Below are positions 17,205 to 24,520 of a stretch of DNA of 27,159 nt, in pieces (position 1 is the first letter of the stretch; each line of letters starts with the position of its first letter). The notes beneath the pieces were generated by a model. That model made no database searches. It had not been told where the DNA came from and was given only the letters and a program-made list of their open reading frames with translations. The position numbers and the translations under genes were made by a program. Origin of the DNA: a virus (Duplodnaviria; Caudoviricetes); IMG/VR virus record IMGVR_UViG_3300033067_000592, positions 1 through 27,159 of that record. One strand, written 5' to 3'.

Positions 17205-17385
17205 CTCGTGGCACGCTTAGCGGAGTGCCTAGTGATAAACGCCACTAGGGTTGTAAGGAATAACCAATACTTACCCACGAGCATAGTATTCTCCTGGTGG
17301 AGCAGTACCCCAAACTGCCCGGTTAGAGCGTAAGCCACCGTGAGCATCGGGTGAGAGTCCCGAGCGCCGGGCAGGGCGGGGTTAC
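17204..17385 (+). ncRNA. Candidate two-domain structured RNA
   Basis: Stems GCTCGTGG/CCACGAGC (17204-11/17275-82), CCTAGTG/CACTAGG, GTAAG/CTTAC, CTGCCCGG/CCGGGCAG (17315-22/17367-74) and TCGGG-TGAGAGT-CCCGA. Fills an intergenic gap in an otherwise overlapped operon. Confidence 0.6.
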
Positions 17386-17411
17386 TTAGACGAATAAAGA
17401 AAGGAAACGTT

Positions 17412-17852
17412 ATGATTGATTCTTGGCAAATTTACTGGGTAACACGTTTAGACCACATTCACGGGATGTTGGCGGGCTTCACCACGGTAACGGTGTTGCT
17501 ATGTTTCGCGCTGTTGTTCATCGGATGCGTTGCGGTGGTATGTGTGGCCGACGATAAAACCATCACCAATAAGCGTAGAATCTACTGGAAGATTGTAACG
17601 GGTATGGTGGCGGCCATTTTGTTACCCAGTGCTATTATTTTCACCGGGGCGTTCATCCCTCACACCAAAGAAGCCATTCTAATTGTCGGCTTACCGATGC
17701 TGTTGCAAAATCAGAAAGCCGCTATTGAAACTATGGGTCGCATCCCGAATAAAACGTTGCAGATTTTCGAGTCCTACTTGGACGAAGAACTCGGCAAACG
17801 TAAAGAGGAAGCGGTTAAAGACGTTAAGAAGGCGGTGAATGATGACGAATAA
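17412..17852 (+). CDS. Phage membrane protein
   Basis: 146 aa with two or three hydrophobic segments, IYWVTRLD and IP.TKE. AGAAAGGA RBS. Confidence 0.75.
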   Translation: MIDSWQIYWVTRLDHIHGMLAGFTTVTVLLCFALLFIGCVAVVCVADDKTITNKRRIYWKIVTGMVAAILLPSAIIFTGAFIPHTKEAILIVGLPMLLQNQKAAIETMGRIPNKTLQIFESYLDEELGKRKEEAVKDVKKAVNDDE

Positions 17853-18255
17853 TACAGAGATAACAAAGTGCCCGGATTGTGGGTGGAAAGGAGGCAGCTT
17901 ATCTGAGCGTGTTGATACGGTCTTGCATTGTTTGGACGGTTACTATATGTGTGGTCGCTGCGATACGATGGTGCAAGAGCAAGTAGACGCTTTGATTGGC
18001 CCTAAGTACTACATAATGAAAGCTGGCATCTATATGCATGGGTTGTACGGCCCATACAACAGCGTTGAAGAAGCCAAGAAAGCGTTTCAAGAGGCGTATG
18101 ATTTGGCGGATGAAGGCCCCAGGGAGCACAGCGACGCTTGGTACAACTTCGACGGGTATCATATCTACTCAATCATTGAAGGTTTAGGCCCCGTTATAGG
18201 GGGTAATATGCCTGAAGTACTAGAAGAAATAGAATATAAAGGGTTAAAACGATGA
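17839..18255 (+). CDS. Hypothetical protein with an N-terminal Zn-finger-like motif
   Basis: CPDC...CGRC. Confidence 0.7.
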   Translation: MMTNNTEITKCPDCGWKGGSLSERVDTVLHCLDGYYMCGRCDTMVQEQVDALIGPKYYIMKAGIYMHGLYGPYNSVEEAKKAFQEAYDLADEGPREHSDAWYNFDGYHIYSIIEGLGPVIGGNMPEVLEEIEYKGLKR

Positions 18256-18530
18256 CAGTCCCCACGTTTACCGCATCATCTATAAACATAACCCCGCGTT
18301 TTGTGGAGTTTGAAACTACGTTGTTTGATGTCCCCAGCGCGGACCTGTCCGGCCACGACGCAACGTATGTTATACCAGCCCACTTGGTTAGTTACGCCTC
18401 GTTTTACGGCCCGAAGCGTATTGACCCGGAACCGAAACCGGTCACGATGATTTATTTAATCACTGGGGACCGTTACTACGTTTTTGGGACGATGAGTGAA
18501 GTTACCAAGAAACTGAACGGAGGTGCGTAG
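18252..18530 (+). CDS. Hypothetical protein
   Basis: 92 aa, ATGA overlap. Confidence 0.65.
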   Translation: MTVPTFTASSINITPRFVEFETTLFDVPSADLSGHDATYVIPAHLVSYASFYGPKRIDPEPKPVTMIYLITGDRYYVFGTMSEVTKKLNGGA

Positions 18531-18806
18531 ATGGGCGGATGGTGCGGCAACTGTCGCTATTTTCATCGTTGCGAAAATTGCCAGGCAAACCTAAAACCGA
18601 GTGATTTGTTGCGTTACAAGTTAAGTTTTGAAGACGACGGTGGACGCATAGGCCACTATGACTTCACCACACTTAAAGAAGCTGAAGCAAAAATAGCTCA
18701 GTTTGCCGCTAATGCCGAAGAAGGCTATCAAGGCATTGTGCTGTATGAGATTAAAGAGCTTTTTAGAGGCGACGAAACTGACTATAAGGAGCAACCCAAT
18801 GACTGA
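18531..18806 (+). CDS. Hypothetical protein with a Cys-rich N-terminus
   Basis: GGAGG RBS and CGNC..FHRCENC. Confidence 0.7.
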   Translation: MGGWCGNCRYFHRCENCQANLKPSDLLRYKLSFEDDGGRIGHYDFTTLKEAEAKIAQFAANAEEGYQGIVLYEIKELFRGDETDYKEQPND

Positions 18807-19293
18807 AGTCACCGTCGAGGGCGTTACGCGCCGTATAGTGGGGAATATAGCAACCCCAACCCATGTAGGGGATTATTTTTTCGACCACAAAAGACACTTA
18901 TTTCGTTTAGATGGAGATAGATTACCGGAGTCTTACCGGGCCAGCAATAGATGGGAGCCAGATGTTCCTGAGTTCCCCCTCTACGAAGCCATCGTGGTCG
19001 AGAAGCAGCCCGAATGGCGGCCACAATTCAACCACTATCTTGAGGGAATTAAAAAAGGTTCGCCTCTCGCAGACTGTATTGAGTGGTTACATAATGACGT
19101 GGCTGGGACACTTATGGCCTCGCGCATCCGCATTCACAACGTGGATGGGAGTGTGACGGAGTGGATTAAAAGGTATGAGGACGAGTATTTATCAGAGTCA
19201 GAATCATCTAGACGGTGGGCTAAGCTTAGCGATATGCAAGACCGCATCCAACTAGCCTTCATGCGCGGCAGTAAGGTGGAGGTGTGGGGGTGA
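18799..19293 (+). CDS. Hypothetical protein
   Basis: Likely start at ATG 18799 with an AAGGAG RBS (the track starts at 18703). Confidence 0.7.
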   Translation: MTEVTVEGVTRRIVGNIATPTHVGDYFFDHKRHLFRLDGDRLPESYRASNRWEPDVPEFPLYEAIVVEKQPEWRPQFNHYLEGIKKGSPLADCIEWLHNDVAGTLMASRIRIHNVDGSVTEWIKRYEDEYLSESESSRRWAKLSDMQDRIQLAFMRGSKVEVWG

Positions 19294-19601
19294 GCGAGTA
19301 CCAATTCTGCTTCAATTGCAATGCCATGCACCCTACCGGTCAACCCTGTGAGGATCCAAAATACACACAGGTCATCATGACCTTGACCAAGCCCCCGCTA
19401 GAAAGAAAGATAACCGCCATACAAGCCCAGCTCGACGCCGTGACCAAGGAGCGGGATGCGTTGAGGGTTGAGCTTGAGCTAATTAAGCGCAAGTTTAAGG
19501 CTTTAACCCCTGGGTTGATTGCTTTGTTTGAAATTGTGGAGCCCTCATTACGTTGGTGGGTTGATACCAAAGGGACAAACGAGGAGGTGCCGTTTGAGTA
19601 G
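19290..19601 (+). CDS. Hypothetical protein (CxxC..H..C knuckle plus coiled coil)
   Basis: GTGA overlap and GGAGG RBS. FCFNCNAMHPTGQPC, then AQLDAVTKERDALR. Confidence 0.7.
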   Translation: MSEYQFCFNCNAMHPTGQPCEDPKYTQVIMTLTKPPLERKITAIQAQLDAVTKERDALRVELELIKRKFKALTPGLIALFEIVEPSLRWWVDTKGTNEEVPFE

Positions 19602-19656
19602 CTTTTGTGAGAAGTGTTTGGATGGTTGTGAATGCTTGAATAGGAGGCCCAAGACC

Positions 19657-19848
19657 ATGAGTGAGCTGCGAGAGTGCCCTTTTTGTGGGTCAGACCGTGT
19701 TGATTATGAGTGGTGCGACGAATTTGTCGAAGTCGGTTGCCGTTCCTGTGGGTGTATCGGACCTACTGTGCATGGTGAAGACGATGAAGACACATGTCTT
19801 AGGAGAACGTTTGAACTCTGGAACACGCGCAAAGGAGCGAGCGAATGA
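19657..19848 (+). CDS. Lar-family (restriction alleviation-like) Zn-finger protein
   Basis: MSELRECPFCG...CRSCG..GP...WNTR follows the Lar_restr_allev family pattern. AGGAGG RBS before ATG 19657. Confidence 0.75.
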   Translation: MSELRECPFCGSDRVDYEWCDEFVEVGCRSCGCIGPTVHGEDDEDTCLRRTFELWNTRKGASE

Positions 19849-20339
19849 GTAGTAAATTCTGTACAAAATGCGAGTTGTTAGTCGGTGACGTGCATAACCC
19901 CAAGTGCCCCAACCGGCCTTCAACGAAGCTACAGTCTATTTATACGACTTGGCATAATGGAACCGATGCAGGGCCAGCTTTCTTGGAAGAAGAAGACGCT
20001 CAGCGGTGGGTTGAGAATATGGAAAAGTACTCCGGTGAAGGCGGTGCTTTTTACGATTCCGCCACACTGCATAGTAAATTAACAGACGAGCTGCTAATGG
20101 AAGAGTTTGATGAGCTACCCTTAGCCAATCTATTTGAATGTGACGTTTGCAGGAAGGTGGTTTGTCAAGACGGAGCTGAGTATGTTTCAGACCCACGGAG
20201 TAGAAAACCAAATGCTGATTCATGGGCCTCTCAATTTTATGTAGCAAAAGCCTGTAAAACTTGCCTAGATGGACTAGTCGCCTTTTTAAATAGCCAAGAC
20301 ATAACCAGTGTTATTCCAGATACGGATGACGACGAATAA
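19845..20339 (+). CDS. Cys-rich acidic hypothetical protein
   Basis: FCTKC...H.PKC, CDVC...C and CKTC, with an acidic tail. AAGGAG RBS and ATGA overlap. Confidence 0.7.
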   Translation: MSSKFCTKCELLVGDVHNPKCPNRPSTKLQSIYTTWHNGTDAGPAFLEEEDAQRWVENMEKYSGEGGAFYDSATLHSKLTDELLMEEFDELPLANLFECDVCRKVVCQDGAEYVSDPRSRKPNADSWASQFYVAKACKTCLDGLVAFLNSQDITSVIPDTDDDE

Positions 20340-20341
20340 GG

Positions 20342-20370
20342 TTGCGCAATTTACCACGATAAAGTAGAAT
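20342..20370 (+). promoter_or_regulatory. Internal sigma70-type promoter
   Basis: TTGCGC-N17-TAGAAT in the gap upstream of the DUF2829 gene. Confidence 0.7.
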
Positions 20371-20404
20371 AGGAACTCTAACGTTTTTAATGAAAGGAAT
20401 TGTT

Positions 20405-20629
20405 ATGACAATGGATTTTAGCCAAGCTCTCGAATCGTTGAAAGACGGTAGTCGCGTTTCTCGAATAGGGTGGAACGGTAAAGGTATGTACCTCTACATC
20501 CCGGGGCGTGCGGAACGCGGTCATTTTGAACAATTCATCGCAATGAAAACCGCTGACGATAAACTGGTCCCTTGGTTGGCTAGCCAGACGGATATTTTAG
20601 CCGAGGATTGGCAAGCCCACGTAGTGTAG
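20405..20629 (+). CDS. DUF2829 / Tad2-like protein (putative cyclic-nucleotide sponge, anti-Thoeris type)
   Basis: MDFSQALE.LK.G..V.R.GWNGKGMY...IAMKTAD...VPWLASQTDILAEDW is the DUF2829 signature. The AAGGA RBS favours ATG 20405 over the track start at 20390. Confidence 0.85.
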   Translation: MTMDFSQALESLKDGSRVSRIGWNGKGMYLYIPGRAERGHFEQFIAMKTADDKLVPWLASQTDILAEDWQAHVV

Positions 20630-20632
20630 GAT

Positions 20633-20803
20633 TAAATCTAACAGACTGCCTGACGGGACGCCGTAGTCACTTCGATGATATAGCGCTTACCGTACGGAGT
20701 ACTTTCCCTCTCGTTACGACTTCCCAATGACAGTATAGAACCGTCTTACGTCTTCGGATATTGGCGACCACTACATCGTTGAGACGGGCAGTGGTTAGAT
20801 TTA
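20633..20803 (+). ncRNA. Candidate structured RNA with a long closing stem
   Basis: TAAATCTAAC/GTTAGATTTA (20633-42/20794-803), ACTGCCTG/CGGGCAGT, GTAGT/ACTAC, CCAAT/ATTGG and an internal C(TTCG)G hairpin. Confidence 0.6.
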
Positions 20804-20824
20804 CAAGAAAGGAGAAACAAAACA

Positions 20825-21259
20825 ATGTTCACTGCTGAAGATTTAGATGCGTATATGGATGGTGCAAAGCGCACACGCGAAGGACAGACACAAGAGATGT
20901 GGATTGACCCAGCACCCAGGGTGACGTGTGTTGACGGGTTTGATATGTCAGTGCAAGCTCGATGGAGCTGCTACTGCGAACCCCAAAACAACTTCGGCCC
21001 CTGGGATACCTTTGAGGTGGGTTACCCTAACGAAGCCGAAGAATTACTGATGCCGTACGACGCTAGCGGAAAGGACGACCCTACAGACAACATTTACAGC
21101 TACGTCCCCAAGTCCGTCATCGTCGACGTCATCAACAAACACGGTGGCTTGCTAGCTGAAGGGCAAAGTATCACACCTAAGTACACGTCGCTCGACGCTG
21201 CGGCAACCGGTGTCGTTAAAGACGGCGTTGTTATTCACACACCGGAAGAAACCGTATAG
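20825..21259 (+). CDS. Conserved hypothetical phage protein
   Basis: C.DGF.MSVQA...YC.P...EVGYP...IYSYVP...VI.KHGG. AGAAAGGAG RBS. Confidence 0.8.
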   Translation: MFTAEDLDAYMDGAKRTREGQTQEMWIDPAPRVTCVDGFDMSVQARWSCYCEPQNNFGPWDTFEVGYPNEAEELLMPYDASGKDDPTDNIYSYVPKSVIVDVINKHGGLLAEGQSITPKYTSLDAAATGVVKDGVVIHTPEETV

Positions 21260-21333
21260 TATGTGGCCGGTCATTATCATCGGGTACGTAATGTTTGCGT
21301 TCATCGCAGCACTGCACATAGGAGGATTTTTCT

Positions 21334-21483
21334 ATGGACCTCATCAGAGAGTACGTCGTGGGACTGACGATGGAGGACGAAGTTATCCTAAAAAGACGTA
21401 CTGGGATTACTGAATTGGATGGTGACGAAGTTGCGGTACAAAAATTAGTAGCAAAGGTACTGTCATATGGAAGCGACAAGTAA
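21334..21483 (+). CDS. Small hypothetical protein (49 aa), below the ORF-track cutoff
   Basis: Perfect AGGAGG 8 nt before ATG 21334: MDLIREYVVGLTMEDEVILKRRTGITELDGDEVAVQKLVAKVLSYGSDK. Its end overlaps the next gene. Confidence 0.55.
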   Translation: MDLIREYVVGLTMEDEVILKRRTGITELDGDEVAVQKLVAKVLSYGSDK

Positions 21484-21673
21484 TTACAGCACGGACGAAC
21501 CGATAGAACTGGCGGACAACCTAATGTGGCTAGCCAGGGTGGCGCTGGAAGTGATGTATCAAGGCTCGCGGGGTAATAGTATGAGCCCGCCTCCGACCCA
21601 GGGTGGTAACGCTGGGCGGTTCAGTGAATTTGTATTGACAGGTAGAAAGGACGAACAGAATGCAACGTGCTAA
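21467..21673 (+). CDS. Small hypothetical protein
   Basis: 68 aa, AAAGG RBS, overlaps both neighbours. Confidence 0.5.
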   Translation: MEATSNYSTDEPIELADNLMWLARVALEVMYQGSRGNSMSPPPTQGGNAGRFSEFVLTGRKDEQNATC

Positions 21674-22142
21674 CATCCTACAACAGGGTATCAACTTAAC
21701 CACCGGCGACCGTAACCAATCGTACGGCGACCCACATACGAACCTCACACGTATGGCAGCGCTAGTAAACGCACAGTTTGACACGCACTTTAACTCCGGC
21801 GATATGGCTATCATTATGGTAATGGCTAAACTGTCGCGTATCGGTGCATCGGTACTACACGAAGACAACTATGTCGACGGTGCTACGTATATGGCTATCG
21901 CGGGCGAATGCTATGCCCAGTGCTCCCTGGGTCAAAATATCAATATGAACGAACCGTTTACAGGTATCCAAACGTCTATGCCTACAACAAAGCAACTGCT
22001 GGACGGTGTAGACCAAGTAGATAGCCGTATCGGCACGGTTATGCAACTACAAGGCGTAGTATCTGATGACCCTTTTGAGGGTGCGTTAGACCAGTTATAC
22101 ACGTTAAAAGAGGAAGACACACATGCCAAAGCAGAACTCTAA
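21660..22142 (+). CDS. DUF6378-like protein (all-helical; often near nucleotide-metabolism genes)
   Basis: IL......GDRNQSYGDP..N...A...M...KLSR......DNYVD.A.Y.A.AGE pattern. Confidence 0.75.
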   Translation: MQRANILQQGINLTTGDRNQSYGDPHTNLTRMAALVNAQFDTHFNSGDMAIIMVMAKLSRIGASVLHEDNYVDGATYMAIAGECYAQCSLGQNINMNEPFTGIQTSMPTTKQLLDGVDQVDSRIGTVMQLQGVVSDDPFEGALDQLYTLKEEDTHAKAEL

Positions 22143-22398
22143 AGCCGCCGTTCAGATTGACGGGAAGTACTACATACCAACCAACGATATGGCGGACATC
22201 CTGGGATTGTCCCCGGTGCGCGTCAGAAGTATGGCGCTGCGTGGGGAGATACCGGGGGTTAAAATGAGCCGGGATTGGATGTTCAACCCCGTCGACGTAA
22301 AAACAGCCCGTGAAGAAATGCGACTCCACAGAGCCCGTAGCACTCCAGGTCCACAGTATAGAAAGGCGTACCACCCCGATGTCACAGACTTATTCTAA
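22123..22398 (+). CDS. Excisionase/MerR-like helix-turn-helix DNA-binding protein
   Basis: MADILGLSPVRVRSMALRGEIPGVKMSRDWMF follows the HTH_17 pattern. GAGG RBS. Confidence 0.75.
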   Translation: MPKQNSKAAVQIDGKYYIPTNDMADILGLSPVRVRSMALRGEIPGVKMSRDWMFNPVDVKTAREEMRLHRARSTPGPQYRKAYHPDVTDLF

Positions 22399-24520
22399 AG
22401 ACGAATACATCACCCAGTACATCAATGCCGGGTATGCGTTAGTCCCTACGAATGGTAAGGTGGCGGGTCCGGGGTGGAATAAAGCGAAACCCGATTCTTC
22501 GATGACACCAAAACAGTTCCCCGGGAACTTCGCTGTGGTTTTACAAGATGACGACTTGGTGATAGATATCGACCCACGGAACTTCCCAAAGGACCACGAT
22601 GGGGTAGTTATCGATACCTCAATCCAGCTAGAGAAGATGATGGCCCGGAATAAAGTAAAACCCGTCCGGGTCAAAACATCCCTGGGGGAGCATTGGTACT
22701 TTAAAAAACCCAAGGGCGTTCGTCTGGTTCATAAACTACCCCAATACGCCGGGGTAGACTTTCAGCGACGGGGGCATTACGTCATCGGCGCTGGTTCACT
22801 CCACCCGAGCGGGGCGACCTACACGTTAATCGAGGGAGACTTCGATAACGTCCCAGAGGCACCTGACGAACTCATAGACGAGCTTCGTTATTGTGGGGGG
22901 ATACATTCGTTAGGTGAAGATGTTTCGTGGAAGGAGGACGACGCTACTATCCTCTCCTGCATCAAACGGTTAAGAGTGTACCCAGTAGCTATCGCCGGAA
23001 ACGGCGGGAACGAAACAACCTTTAAGGCCGCGTGTATGCTACGCGACCAAGGGCTCCGCGACGATATAACGTATGACTTGATGTTGAAGCACTACAACCC
23101 TCGCTGTTTACCCGCGTGGACGGATACTGAGCTGGATACGATTGTCAATAACGCTTATCTTTACGCAAGGGACAACCCGGGGAACCAACACATCAACACC
23201 ATCTTGGGTAAGTATGCCCTGAAATCGGACGAGATGACCAACGTCAAGAACGATTTTGGGAACGCTATCCAGTTGATGGACGACCAGCAACTGGTACTTG
23301 ACCAGCACGGGCTAATCAAAGAGAAGCTGTTGGAGAACGTGGTCGCCCTATTCAAAATCCCGTCGTACAACAACTACAACAACCCTTTACAGAATATGGT
23401 TCGCTACAACGAATTCACTGAAACACTTGAACTTTCATTCGCGCCACCCTGGGAAAACCAAAACCCGGCGTTCTCTGGCGAAATAAACGACCGGATTGTC
23501 ACGAACATATTGTGGTTTTTTAAGAAGGCGTACTCGTTTACGGCTACCGAGAAGCATATTATCCAAGCGATGGACATTGTTGGCACAGTGAATCGCTACC
23601 ACCCCATCCAAGCCTATCTTCAATCGCTTGATTGGGACGGTAAACCTCGTATCGATACGTGGCTTATCGATTACTGTGGCGCAGAGGATAGCAAATACGT
23701 ACGTGCTGTGGCTAAGAACACCCTGATTAGCGCAGCGGCCAGAGTCTTCGACCCAGGGTGTCAAGTCGATACAATGACAGTGCTTGAGGGGCCTCAAGGT
23801 TCTGGCAAGTCCTCCGCTATTCACGCCCTGGGTGGCCAATTCTACGGTACGTTGTTCCTGGACCCCCACCAGAAAGACACTGTTATGAATATGAGGAACA
23901 ATTGGATTAATGAAATCGCTGAAATGGAGTTTACACGTAAAGCGGAAGTCGCTGCTGTTAAACATTTCATATCCAATCGTGCTGACACACTTAGACTGCC
24001 CTATGCTAAAACCTCTGGAACCCACAAACGGCAGTGTATTTTTATTGGCACGATTAACCCGGAAGCTGATGCATCGTATCTACGAGATAGCACCGGCAAC
24101 CGCCGCTTTTGGCCAGTAGCCACCGGTAAAAAGATTAACGTTGCTGGATTGTTGGAGAACCGCGACCAAATCTGGGCAGAGGCACGTCAAAGGTTTTTCA
24201 ACGGTGAAACCTGGTATATGGATAACAGTTCGCTCCGCGCGTTAGCGGAAGCTGAACAAGAGAAACGTAGAGAGGTTCACCCTTGGCGCGAACTCATCTA
24301 CCGACACATCCAATTACGCCGTGCCCAGGGTATCGCTACTCGCAAGATTGAACCCTCGGCGTTAGCTGTATCAGCTCTCGGTATAAACCCGATGAACCTA
24401 GACGTACGAGCAATTAAGACGATTGGCAACATACTAGGTGAGCTAGGTTACATCGCTAACAAAACTGATGGTCACTTGTCATACGTTAATGAGTACGCGG
24501 ATATAGAGGACTTACTGTAA
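22379..24520 (+). CDS. Primase-helicase: Prim-Pol (AEP) domain fused to a VirE/VapE-type P-loop ATPase
   Basis: VIDIDPRN, KT..GEHWYF and YVIGAGSLHPSG.Y (Prim-Pol); Walker A GPQGSGKS, WINEIAEM, FIGTIN and DSTGNRRFWP (VirE/VapE). Likely start at ATG 22379 after GAAAGG. Confidence 0.9.
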   Translation: MSQTYSKDEYITQYINAGYALVPTNGKVAGPGWNKAKPDSSMTPKQFPGNFAVVLQDDDLVIDIDPRNFPKDHDGVVIDTSIQLEKMMARNKVKPVRVKTSLGEHWYFKKPKGVRLVHKLPQYAGVDFQRRGHYVIGAGSLHPSGATYTLIEGDFDNVPEAPDELIDELRYCGGIHSLGEDVSWKEDDATILSCIKRLRVYPVAIAGNGGNETTFKAACMLRDQGLRDDITYDLMLKHYNPRCLPAWTDTELDTIVNNAYLYARDNPGNQHINTILGKYALKSDEMTNVKNDFGNAIQLMDDQQLVLDQHGLIKEKLLENVVALFKIPSYNNYNNPLQNMVRYNEFTETLELSFAPPWENQNPAFSGEINDRIVTNILWFFKKAYSFTATEKHIIQAMDIVGTVNRYHPIQAYLQSLDWDGKPRIDTWLIDYCGAEDSKYVRAVAKNTLISAAARVFDPGCQVDTMTVLEGPQGSGKSSAIHALGGQFYGTLFLDPHQKDTVMNMRNNWINEIAEMEFTRKAEVAAVKHFISNRADTLRLPYAKTSGTHKRQCIFIGTINPEADASYLRDSTGNRRFWPVATGKKINVAGLLENRDQIWAEARQRFFNGETWYMDNSSLRALAEAEQEKRREVHPWRELIYRHIQLRRAQGIATRKIEPSALAVSALGINPMNLDVRAIKTIGNILGELGYIANKTDGHLSYVNEYADIEDLL

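Noticed and set aside
17204-17385. Canonical tRNA gene(s)
   Set aside because: No TTCRA T-loop, no 7-nt anticodon loop in the right position and no CCA. Kept only as a structured RNA candidate.
21261-21413. Hydrophobic ORF MWPVIIIGYVMF...
   Set aside because: It has a weak RBS and overlaps by 80 nt an alternative ORF (21334..21483) with a perfect AGGAGG. It cannot be excluded but is not called.
22123-22398. Evidence of a temperate lifestyle from the Xis-like HTH
   Set aside because: No integrase, repressor or att site is visible in the window, and such HTH genes also occur beside replication genes.
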